Shown piece by piece: positions 15,901-29,021 of a stretch of 64,000 nt of DNA. The stretch spans positions 9,424,001 through 9,488,000 of the forward strand of contig CM119382.1 of the NCBI GenBank assembly GCA_051294905.1, in the 5' to 3' direction. Below the pieces are notes generated by a model, which made no database searches, had not been told where the DNA came from, and was given only the letters and a program-made list of their open reading frames with translations. Position 1 is the stretch's first letter. The number at the start of each line of letters is the position of its first letter. The translations under genes were made by a program, and so were the position numbers. This stretch comes from Botryllus schlosseri. Its lineage: Eukaryota.

Positions 15901-18900
15901 AGCAGTGATTTCATTTCATATTCATATTCCACAATTAGTAGTGTCATCAATGCCAATCCAAAATAGAATCAGTGTCTTAAAATAACATGCAGTCCCTAGA
16001 GCTCTTCAAAAAGGACTTTTTTTCTCAAATCGTACTGGCTACTTGATAAAATTGTTAGGTTACCTAATTTAAGCCCACACACCAAATTTGGTTCAATTCC
16101 AACCAGTAGCCGCATTGCTACACGAGAAGAAAGTTTCTATTTCTTATATAAAACTAAATAACAAAAATTGAATATTTTCTGGAATCGGAGTTATTACCGT
16201 CGAAAAATTTGGATTATGAATAAAATAGTATTTACGGTGACCAATTCTTTAATTATTTATTATAGTGGTGCCCACCGTAAATACTATTTTATTCAAATCC
16301 AAAAATTTTCGACGGCAATAACTCCGATTCCACTGTTTGGAATTGAACCAAATTTGGTGACAATCGTTTCTATAGGCAGCCTAACACTTTCATGGGGTGA
16401 ACAGAAAATTTTCAGATTTTTTGTCGTTTAGTTTTATATAAGAAATAGAAACTTTCTTCTCCTGTAGCAGTGCGGCTACTGGTTAGAATTGAACCAAATT
16501 TGGTGTGTAGGCTTAAATTAGGTAACCTAACAATTTTATCAAGTAGCCAGTACGATTTGAGAAAAAAGTCATTTTTGAAGAGCCCTATTGTACACGTGTG
16601 ATAACAAATTCGACATTTATTTTAGCTTACTGTTTCTCTTAGTCTGCACCAGCATGGTGCTTGGACAATGCGAAGAAACTGCGAGTCAGTACCACAATTT
16701 ATCTCAGAGCGTCTAGCAGGGAAGTTTTTCAAGTCATTAGCCCGATCCTCCCAGGGATAGAACCCTTAACCAACCATTTGTGAAATCTGCGTTCTACCGC
16801 TCAGTTAATTCTTTGGTTTGAATTTGCGAAACATGCAAGTGATTGCTTATGAGAATTTTCTCTTACCAGTCCTTGAACGTTTACTAACGGTAGAACGTTA
16901 CATCTGATCCAGCTGTCATCGTCAGCAAGACATCTATCCACGTAATAGCCGAGTATGTCGTCTCCGCCGTTGCGGGCTGGCTCGACCCATTTCAGCGTGA
17001 CTGACGTTTGACTTTTATCGATCAGATACAAGCTTGTCGGTGGCCCAGGAGGCACTAAAATACCACGTAGAAAGACAATATTTGAAGGAATTCTTTTATG
17101 TACTGACTAAGTGACTACCAAAACCATTTAGAATCATACTTACATATGGGATCTCGTACAAGTATCACGGGCGTTGGTTCACTCGGCTCTCCATAGCCAG
17201 CTTCATTCACTGCCATCACACGGAATTGATATTCTGAATAAGGTGTGACATCTTCGCACTGAAAAGAGACACATCGTGTGACAATGGCAACCTAAAATTC
17301 ACTGGCGATCTTACCTTGTACGTGCAGTTAGGTCCTGCGGTTTTGCCAGACTTGGACCATTTTTCACTTGTTTCAGACACGGCCTTTTTTTCAACGATGT
17401 AAAACTCGATATCGGCGCCTCCGTCGAAGGTCGGATTTTTCCAAACCAGGTCCACGTCGTAACGGGAAACGGAGGCGGCCTTTAGAAATCTTGGTTTTCC
17501 GGGCGCAACTACAGGGAAAGGTTCAGTGTTTACAAGCATCATCGATTTAGGAAATTGATTTACACGCATTGAAATACACTCAATAGCAGAAAATGGCACC
17601 AAACACACACTAACACATGACGGCTGTTATAAAATCAGTATTTTTAATTACCAAATGGTGTTAACCCATTTGTGTCTCAATAGTACATCGTAGCTCTGTG
17701 ACTTTAATTCAGTATAGACACTGGACATGTAGCTAAAATGGTTTGAGGTGATTGCCGGCATATAAATTACATCAATGTATGACTCACAAATAAATTATCG
17801 TGCAGAATTCTTTTTTAAAATTGCATGTTATAATATATATGACACAGTAGCTTGGTACTTGATAGGAATGGCGGCAAGATTGAACAAAAATGAAATCAAC
17901 TACTGCTTTACTACCTATGAGACATATAATCACTACGAAATGCTGTTTCGTATCAATAAAACGGAAATTCGACTCTTGCATTTCAAAGTTCCAAAAGTCA
18001 GTTGACTGCGCAGCAACTCCATTCAAATCCGTCCACACCAGACATCAATTTAAAATATCAATACGACTCACCAAACATACAAACAGCAGTCGCCATGGTA
18101 ACATCACTCCATAGACTTTGCCCTCCTTCATTAACAGCCGCAACACGATACCCATGGGCGGCACCTTCTTTCAAATCAGCGTCACTGTACAGACAATCCT
18201 GGATATCGTCACACAACCGAGTCCACGTCTTCTGCTTGGAATCCGACTTTTCGATGACATATCTCGATATTTTACTGCCCCCGTCGTAATCTGGAAGCAT
18301 CCATTGAAGGGTGATGGAGGTTTTTGTGGTTCCGACGCATTTGAGATTCCGCGGAGCGTCGGGCCCAGTAATTTTTGGCTTGCAAATCACCACGTTAGAT
18401 TCTTCACTCAGTTCAGATTGGCCGGCTCTATTGACGGCTGCGATTCTGTGTAACAATTGAAGATCATTAACAACTGCACATGGTTTCTTCCTTGAAATAA
18501 TATATAATAGGATGGAAAATAACTAAATGACTGTATATTGCAGTGGTTCTTATACTTTTGTAAGGAGCTAAGCCCCACAATTGTCATTCACCAAAAAGAA
18601 TATGTACATTGTACGTATTTAGGTAAACCTACATCTCGCTACACATAAAGGAGATGAATGAAACCGGCCTGAATTTACCCTATCAGATACACAGATTCCG
18701 AAAATGTAAATTATAATCTAGTTATGACACCAGAACTCCAACAAAATTCACTCTCAAAGATGAAAATTGGAATTGTTCCGAGGAATCGCAACGCTGTGAT
18801 ACAATGAAGCATTAACGTTAAGTTTCCATTGTTCGGTAACAATGTGTCTGGACGAAGTTGACCAGTTGCCTGAGACGATTTTGGGAATGTGTGATTTCAA

Positions 18901-21900
18901 ATTAGTTAGTGTCACTCTCATATCATGTTTGCAACAAAATCCATTGCTTTTTTCGATTTAACATCTACCATACTCGTATAGTATTCCGTATATAGGCTAG
19001 TACCGGCCCGATATCTTGTAACAAAGAGCAAGAGTTTCTCAAATGGTTACGAGTCTATGTCAACTTTGCATTTTTTTCGAACAACCCAGCATGCCAATGT
19101 AAGGCTCATATACTCAAACACGTTAAGTAAATAATGACAGGTTGAGATTGGAATTGCCAGTTACAACTTTATACAGAAAAATGACAATCATGGATACGCA
19201 ACTCGAATGCAGTCCCATTTCTGCACTTACTTGAAAGTGTACTCGAACTTGTGCGGTATCAAATCCACTACGTCGTGCTCGCATTCGTGCACTGCTGCCT
19301 CCCACAAAACATAATCGCTTGTCCATTCCGTTTCACCCATGACACGTTTTCTCAGCATGACGACATAATGGGTGATCGCACCTCCTCCGTTGAATTCCGG
19401 CTCACGCCAGCGTAAGCGACATCCGTTCCTTGCCACCTGACGAAGAGACAGTATAATTTACGAATGGGCATGCGGACAAAGTAATGTGTGTCAAAACCAC
19501 AAGTTTATATCAGAGAGGAATTCCAAATAGGTTAGGGATAAAGTCAAGAGTCATGAGTAAGGATAGGGTTAACTTGGTTTAGTTTGAATAACTCACATTC
19601 ATGGCACTCGCTATTTTTAATGGCTGGCCATTTTGAATGACTCGGCATTATGAATTTCCGCTGATTTTAAACTCGCTATCTTAAATGACTCGCTGTTTTT
19701 AATTCGATTTATTGTTAACAATTTCATCATTTCAATACACCGCAAGACGGCGATGCAATGAAAGATAGGAAAGTGTTGAAACGACTTGGAGTAGTCTTCG
19801 AAATCAGACACCCACCTGGCCTAGGCAGTGTAAAAGGGAGGCCTGCACACTGAATGAAAGTAAAAGAAATTAATATAAAAGGATAGGCTACAAAAAGAGG
19901 TAGTACGTGTCGGAAGGCGTGATCGATATGTCATATGTATATGTGACATGTTGAACGATTACCGTATATGAAAGTACGCACTGCTTGAAATAATTTCGTA
20001 AGCCTAATTCGACCACCAATCGCGATTTGCTTCCAAAATCTCACCTCCACAACAGCAGGCTTCCCCGGTCTTGTCGGTGTTTCAATTGGATTATCAGCAA
20101 GAATCGGATCGGTCACTTCGCTGGGTTTACTCAGACCACACGTATTTTCGGCAAAAACCCTGAAATAGTCCGCAGGTTGATATCATAGAATATATTTGCG
20201 GAGGTGGTCAGCAACAATGTACTTGCAGTCAAGTAGATATTTTCCTAAAATAACCACACCCGATTCCTACTCTTGCTTGACTACTAACGCTAACTACTTT
20301 GACTTTGTATTCTGAATATTTGTGGACTAAATAACCGCACAGTAACTATACCTGAAACAATATTCCTTGGACTTTTGCAGCCCGGACACAAAGTAATGAA
20401 AGGTGTCCTCGTCCAAAGGCTCGTTCCTGAGTCTGATCCAGTTTCCCTCTGCACCCTGTCGCATTTCAACGTAGTATCCGGTGATGTCTTGACCGCCGTT
20501 ATCCCGGGGTTCCTGCCACGTGACCGTCATGCAGTCTTCGGAAACGTCTTGCATCTCAACAGCTTCTGGTGGGACGGGTACGGCAAACGGATTTGCGGCG
20601 GTGATGTTAGTGGTGACGCACTCTTTGCCGGGGCCTAGCTTGTTGATGGCGCTGACCTATGAATAAGGTAATTAATTTGGAATTAATAAAAATTCAATTA
20701 CATAGACTACTTAACCAAGCTTTTTTAGTGGCATTGTACATATACACAGACACTATGAGAAAAAACGTTAGTATTCTCCTGGCTGTAGAGTGGAGACAGA
20801 TACAAAAATACCCAAATCACTTGTTAAATCGGCTAAACATTAACAGCGTCAGTTTAAACCAAAGAACAAACAAAAAACACCAAATTGCTATAAAATAGGC
20901 ATATCCTATATGGTCGCATATCTATTATGTCTAGGACACCAAATCTTTTGAGCAGACATTTCTTTGACAGGCAACCAGGCATCTTTGGGGCCCGAGCAAT
21001 GATACAGAGTACCAGTTGTAGTTTTTGCTGTGGGTTAAGTGCACTTTTACTGAGCCTTGAGGTACACCACAGGTAACCAGATGAAGAGAAGATAAAGAGT
21101 CATAAATTGCAACCATTTGTTGGCATCCAGTGAGGTAGCTTTACGTAAGCTCGAATTGTGGGCCTCTGAACCCGTAACGCGCCAATTTCAAAAGAAAAAT
21201 ATCATGATCTCACCCCGAAATCGTAGCAGCAGCCTTCCGTTAAATCTTCGACTCGATATTTCCTTGTTTCACTTCCAACCACAGCAAGCTTTGTCCACTT
21301 TTGACGCCCTAATTCGCGTCTCAAAATTTGGTAACCAGTAATCTCACACCCGCCGTCATCATCGGGTGCAGTCCATAGGAGATCACAGTAGCTCACGTTG
21401 ATATTATCAACATCTAAACACAGCGCACAATTCAGCGGAGTAGTAAGAATATCAGAATTTGGCCATACCGAGGCTGACTGGAGCGGTAGGTTTGTCGAGG
21501 ACTTGTACTGTGCATACTGCCGATACTTTTCCGTGTTCATTTTGGGCGATGATAGAATAGTCGCCGTGATCATCCCTTTTGGTCTGCACAGTGAAAATTA
21601 TTGCATATCATTTCATTGCATTAAGATCAGGTTGAGGTATAGTAAATACTGTACAATGAGGAACAAGCAATCAAATATTCGCAGGGTTGCACGATTTTCT
21701 GATGACTCGACTTGACTCGAATCATTTTTTCAAAATACAGGAAATGAGTCGACTCGACTCGAGTCAATCTGTGTATTGACTCGACTTGGACTCGAGTCAT
21801 TGCGCATGACTCGAACCAAGTCATTGACTCGAGACTCAGACGGCCAAGACCGACATTTCATTGTAATTCCGAAGCCAACACACCATTAGGATTTCGTCTG

Positions 21901-24900
21901 TTGGTACTGGTACTTGGATATGCCACCAGAAACTGCTAAAAATGAGGAAAATTGGTATATTATAAATGCGAAACATCCGTTATCACCAAACAGAGTTATA
22001 AAAAGTGAGTTTACCAAGACTTTAACTGGAAACTGAGCAGTCTATACAATGACTTGGACTCGAGTCATAATTCCATGACTCGGACTCGACCCTCTGCTCG
22101 CTGACTTGGACTCTGACTTGAGTTGTGCTTCAGTTTCATCCAATAATGTCATCTGTACCCAGGTTTCTGAGTAACTAATCTTTAGAACCAGACCAGTAAT
22201 GCAGGATTCCCGCAAATAAACCTGAGCATGATTGCTGAATCAGCAGGAATATGAAGTTTTGATTTGTATATTCTTAAATGTGATTTACAATGATTTTCGA
22301 ATGCATTTGTGCATCAAATAAGACAACCACAAATGTGAAGTTGGGAGTATTCCGCTAGTGCCAACCTTTAATATTCGCAGCATCGATCCATATTCGGTCC
22401 TTTCGATGATGAGAGATTTTTCAGACTGAAGGGGAACGTTGTTGCAAGTCCATCTGGTGGACGGATACGGACGACCTAATACTTTGGCGACAATTTCAAC
22501 TTCTTCTCCAGCAGTAACTGTTATGCCGTCAGATGCACCGCTGACCAGTTCAATAGTGGGTAGTGCTGAGGAAAAATTTCAAAATTTAACACATTTGGCT
22601 CCATGTTAATAAAGTATATAAAAATAAACTACATCATTTAGGAAGAAAAAATTTGAAAGCCCACGCTACCAATGCTGCGAAAGATAGTGATAGATATAAT
22701 ATTCATTTAAATAATTAAATAATCTCAACCCTTCAGAACACTCTTCAGAAACGCTGATTGATTGATTAATAAATTACATTTAGCTTTCAGACGGGAACAA
22801 CTATACGCTTAACCATATGTCATTACCCCTGTCATCTTGTATCAAAACAAGATCAGTTGCTTCCGACTCCTCTCCGGCCCCCGCTTTGTTCACAGCTTTA
22901 ATTTGAAACTGGTATCTTGTGTCGGTTTTCAATTCTCGTAGTATAGCCTTTGTTTCGTATCCGTTCGTGCTAAGCATCACAGTAAAGTCTTCTTCATCCT
23001 CTGCGCGTGCCTCCACAATATAACCTGGAAATATGATCAACGTCAATAGCTGTGGCGCGCACACTTAAGAAGTCTTCTTCTATTTTGTAATACCTTCTAT
23101 GCTTCTAGTCCCGTGATATATATATATGTATTAGGGCTGTTAAAAAAAACTTTCTGCCAGATTTCACTGACTGCTTGATAAAATTGTTAGGTTGGTTAAA
23201 AAAACGCTGCACACCAACTTCGGCTCAATTCCAACCAGTGGAAGCGATATTCTTGCAGTAGAAAGTTTTGAATTTATCATTCAAAAACAATAAAATACAA
23301 TTTCAAAATTCTTCTGTCAAACCCATAAAATTGTTAGGCTGTCAGTAGACATGATTCACTCCAAATTTGGCTCAATTCCAACCACTACAAGCGAAGTTAT
23401 TGCAGTAGAAAAATTTGGATTTGAATAAAATAGTATTTACGGTGACCAACTCTTTGATTATATTATTTATTATAAAATCATGAAATTACGGTAGCAATTT
23501 TTCTACTGCAATAACTTCGCTTCTAGTGGTTGGAATTGAGCCAAATTTGGTATGCATCATCTCTACTGACAGCCTAACAATTTTAGGGGTTCAACAGAAA
23601 AATTTTGAAATTTCATTTTTTTATTTTTAATGATAAATTCAAAACTTTCAACTGCAAGAATGTCGCTTCTACTGGTTGGAATTGAGCCAAAGTTGGTGTG
23701 CAGCGTTTTTTTAACCAACCTAACAATTTTATCAAGTAGCCAGTGAAATCTGAAGGAAAATTTTTTTTGAACAACCCTAATATGTATAACCAAAATTACT
23801 TGTCTATACACATTATACGCATATCTTCAATGTTCAATAAGGCACTGACAGTACTTGAAAACATCATAGCAATAAATTACATGATTGATAAGATAATAAC
23901 AGTTCCTTCTAAAAAATATCACCACACATGAATTAACCCATCCAAAAAAACAGGACGCACATAAAATCGAGCGGTCGATTCTTACGTGTGATTTTCGAGC
24001 CACCGTCATATTCCGGCGGTGACCACACAAGAGTTAGAGAGTTCTTCTTGACATTCGAATATGCGATATTGGCAGGGGCGTCCGGAACATGCAACGGATC
24101 TTCAGCGACTATGATTTCCGACTCGTCCGAATACGGACCGCGACCGTACGTTGTCACAGCGCATACTCGGAACACATACGATTTTCCCTGTCGAAGATCT
24201 TGAACGCTGAATTCTTCAGCATCGTTACCCTCTGCGACCTGTACGAAAATTATTTATACATGACAGAATACAGGGAGTCGCCTGTCATCACTATATGGGT
24301 TGATAGACATAGGATAGACAAGGATGAGCAATATGTACTGTACATATACTCCTGCGTAGCAACACAATTTTGAAAATTGAAATTCAAAGTTACCGCCAGC
24401 CCATACTTTAGAAGCAAAGTAAGAATCTTCGGTGGCACAGGTACAAGACCATGCCAAATGCAAAGACATAGGACAGGATGCAGCTGATAGGATCAAAGGT
24501 GGTCAAAGTGGTCAGTGTTGCTAATCAAGTAGAAGAAGTGCATGTTGTCAAAACTTAATTCAGCAGTACTGATTAATTGTGGCTAGGATACTAAGATAGA
24601 AAATCCTCTGTTCATCCGCAGCATAGCAACACAGACTAGGGAATCAGTCATATCATTATTATTTGTATTACAGGATACCACAACCCTTCATTAAACAAAT
24701 ACAAACGCATAACAGTGAAATACCTTAATCCAAGCTTTGCGGTCAATCTCTCTTTTCTCAATGCAGTACGACAAAATTTTTGAACCGCCATCGTCAGCGG
24801 GAGCTTCCCACGACAGAAAACAAGACGCAGATGTGACTTCGCTGGTTTTCAAATTCAGAACTTTACCGGGTTTGGCTGCAAAGTTTATGTTATTCGGTCT

Positions 24901-27900
24901 GTAGACTGAAGCCCATATAAATTTACATTACCGTATACTGAGATAGTAAATGTACACTCTGCTGTTCCTTCCGCATTTTCAAGCAGCAGTTTATAATCTC
25001 CACAGTCGGTGATGCGATATGAATTCCGAATTTTCAAACTCGTGAAAGTGGCAGCGGTTTGAATGTCGCTACGTTCGTCTTTAGTCAACACTGTGTTATT
25101 TGAGGATTGTATCCAAGTCATCGTCGGGACGGGGCGTCCAAACACCGGAACCCGGATTGTAATGCTCTCCGGTTCAACGACCGTGATATGCTTCTTATCG
25201 TCTGCTACTCGGAAGCTGGGGCCAACTGTGAAAGAGAGTAGTAATTTGATGCATCGCCAGTTTTGCTAGATGAAGATATTTGAAGAGCTTCTTGAAGGTA
25301 CAGAACCGCAATATACAATTGACAACTGACCAGTATATTCATATCGAAACGAGCGCGAATATTTTCGGCTGACACTCGTCAGGGGTAATCGTCAGCAACA
25401 TTGTATATCAACGATTGATTAATATATTATTCAATCAGATGACGCTATCCTTTGCAGTGCATTTGAGTGCATCCTTTTTAAATGGGTAAATCATGGAATG
25501 CCCGTATATGACTCGACTGTGTTGAATATCAATCCCAGTTTGCGTTTTTGAGATTCAACTCATCGTATTTGGATAGGTATTGTAGCGCCAATGTGCTTAG
25601 CATACTAAATAATGTAACGTAAAAATACCTTCAGGAATTTTCTTTCGTATTTTATACTAATTACCCTATTGCCACAGATAGTACATTGTGTAGCATATTT
25701 CGCCCTATTATCAATAGTTCTATCCTTGTGAAAACAACAAAAGATTGTGATACAATGAAAAAATTCTTGAGACCAACTGTGACTGCAAGTTATGAGAGCG
25801 AATTCCTGAAGGTGTTTCGACATTACATAAATCACTTTTGCCCAGACATGATCAGTGATCACGGCCTCATTGTGTAATTATTAGCACTGTTAACGTCCGT
25901 GTGGCTATTTTGGCCTGCGGTGAGCAATGTGGTTGAGAACAGTGGAGTTTTATAGTTATAGTTTCAACATCGTTTGCTGGCTTCAGTTTAAGAACCCCCT
26001 GAGCAAACTAGAACAAATAAAAGATGACCAACCTCTGGCGTCTACCGCGGCAAGAAAAGGAGTTTCGTGACTCGGTTTCCCATACCCCACCCGGTTCTGT
26101 GCTTTCACCCGGAACGAATACTTTGACCCTTCCTCCAAGTCAGCTACGGTATGACTCGTGATATTATCTCCCGTTATTCTCACTCCCGTTGTCCAATTAT
26201 CGGCGTCTTCGTCGTCAGTTGCTTTGCAGCATTGTTGAATCAGATAGCCGGTAATGGCAGAGCCACCGTCACTGAGAGGTTTGGACCATAATATGTCTAT
26301 CGTGGAGCTGGTAGGATTTTCACAGATCACTTGTTGAGGCGATGACGGTAAATCTGAGATAGTACGAGAAATCAAATAAGAGAGATTTACTATCATCAGA
26401 GAAAGTGTTAGACATTCCAAGACTTGAGTACATTGAGCAGATAGGCTGTTCAAAAATAATTTTTTAGTTTAAAATTTGCGCCTACTTGATAAAAATGTCA
26501 GATTGGCTAAAAAACGTTGCACGCCAAATTTGTCTCAATTTTTCTAGAACATTTGAAGCTGTTTTGAATTTATTGAAAAAAATTCCAAACTTTACTGTCA
26601 GCCCAATTAAATTGTTAAGTTGTATAAAATAACAATTATTGCTCACTTCCAATGGGTAGCAGTGAAGTTATTACAGTTGAAACTTTTGGAGTTGCAAAAA
26701 TAGCATTGACAGTGGGTAATCACAGAAATATTATTGAAAAACTCGAATAACTCTTCTTTCACGGGTTGGAATTATGTTAAATTTGTTTCTCGTCACTTTT
26801 GTAGACAATTCAACCATTTGAAGGAGCATTAAGTAAAAATTAGGAAAAAAATTACTTTTTATAATAAATTCAGAACTTTCAAACTTTTATAGCTTCACAT
26901 CTTTTGTTGGAATGGAGCCAAATCCATCAATCAAGGATAATTCAAGAATTATTTACGAAAAACTCAAATAACTCCGCTTCTACTAGTTGGAATTGATTCA
27001 AATTTGTTTTGCATCGTTTTTGTAGACAAAACAACAATTTCATGGGGTTAACAAAGAAATTTGAAAAACTATTTTTTCAATTTTTCTTGATAAATCAAAA
27101 ATTTTAATTGGCTCTGCGGCGGCTATACTTGTTAGAAGAATTGGACCAAATTTGGTGTGCAGCGTTTTTTAGGGTAACATGACAATTTATTCAGTGAATG
27201 GCTGGAATCCAAAAATAAAAAAGTTATTTTTTAACAACCCTACTGTACAAGCTCAACGTCACATCAAAACTTGAAAATATTTGAAAACATTGCTTTCTAT
27301 CACCTCTGCCATCTATGTGACAAATTTACTTAATAAATTAGACAACAAATAGAAAATTATGCCGCTTCTCTGAATTGTTCCTTTGCGTCATTGCAAGAAA
27401 ATCAATATTAAACCGTATATACTTTCCAGAACAAAAATCAATCTTACTAATCGTATCTTCCATCGTGATGAGAGGTGTTGACTCGCTAGCCTCGCTGGTT
27501 CCAAACTTATTCGTGGCACACACACGAAAGTAATACTGCAATCCTTCCTTGACATCAGGTTGGGTGATTTGCGCAGTGGTATCCGGGCCTTGCACTTTGA
27601 AGCATCCCATCCAACTAAAAATATAACTGATTCTTGAGTGTTCTTAATCGAAATGCATTAAATGTCTGATAACCTACCCAGAATTCATTTTTCCACGTAG
27701 CTCAACAATGTAACCCGTAATATCACTTCCGCCATCAAATCCAGGGGCTTGCCATGATAACGATATATGGTCATGTCTGACTCCTGTTACCTCTAATTCG
27801 AATGGTGCGTCTGGAGGACCTATGAAATGGAGTCATCGTATGCAAGTTCAAAATGCATTGAACACATAAATGTCATATGATGATGTAGTGTTTGGTCACC

Positions 27901-29021
27901 TTTCAAGATAGTATCGGATAGTTTTGTGAACATTCTTACTATTCGTTGATCATTATCAAGCAAATATCAATACAGAAGCTGTGTATCTGGTGCAAAAGAA
28001 CGGTATTTTTCAATATTTTTCCTAATTTTTGTTCAATTAAATTCTCATATCAATTTGGTCGACCATATGTGTGAACCAAAGCGTATCGCATGTCGAGACA
28101 TGCTGGATCAGTTGCGTTAAACTAGACAGGCCCATCATCAACATTCAAATTACTCGCAATTAATGGTAGCCAGTTTTAACAAGTGTTGAAGATAATGGTA
28201 CGTATACAAGGTATGTACCAGTGAGAGGTATCACAATATACAGTATCATACGCAGATATTTATGTGAATCAAGTTGAATCACTTCAAGAGTTCCAATATG
28301 ACAGTATCCAAATCAGAATAACTCAACTTACCATACTGTGCTCTAACAAGCACAGATTTTGCTAACTGTTCCGGGGCTGATAAGCCCACTGCATTTTCAC
28401 TCGAGACTCTGAAGAAGTACTGGCATCCTTCGTTCAATTTGGTGACCTGTCATGAAGCGAAACGGATTGTAGGAGCAAAGAGAGGAACGTAAGAGAGAGA
28501 GGCAGAGAAACAGAAAGTTATTTCAACACACGGTCGACAGGATATCACACTGAATTTTGCGTGCCAAGTTTGGAAAGATAAAAGTCGAAAATGTGCTTTG
28601 AAGCAGATTATACAGGAAGTCATGAAAATAAACAGTATGAAAACAATGACCAACAGTGGTGAAACTAGGATCATTGGAGATGCTCTAGGTATGAATCATA
28701 TGACTTATTTGTTAACCTGTGATTCAACTTGAAATATTTTCACCCTAACTACAATGCACAATCTCGATTGAGGGAAACCATGGTGTTAAATATTATACTT
28801 GAGGATCCGAACAAAAATATTTACCACAATTGACGTATCTTGAAAATTTTCGGACACGGTCTGCCACATTTTCCTTCGAATGTCGCGTTTCTCCACCAGA
28901 AACCCTGTTATTCTACTTCCGCCGTCGTCTTGAGGCTCTTCCCAAGTCAACGACACGGTGTTGGCAGTCACGTCAACCACGGCAAGATTGCTCGGAGAAC
29001 TGGGTTTATCTACAATGGGAA
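935..29021 (-). CDS. TTN: Titin I/A junction and D-zone Fn3/Ig repeats (many exons)
   Basis: Runs of two to several Fn3 domains separated by single Igs; matching minus-strand ORF fragments at 857-1333, 9432-10025, 13689-14174, 18058-18456, 20327-20554, 25983-26453, 28786-28980. Confidence 0.9.

Noticed and set aside
19765-19812. Hammerhead ribozyme in the GGGTGTCTGA repeat
   Set aside because: CTGA is followed by TTTCGAA and the post-hairpin segment is GTTTC, not GAAA; the core is absent on both strands.
21700-21850. CRISPR-like or iteron-like array of GACTCGA(GTC) repeats
   Set aside because: Irregular spacing, short motif, eukaryotic context and a CAGGGTTG terminus; these are transposon subterminal repeats.
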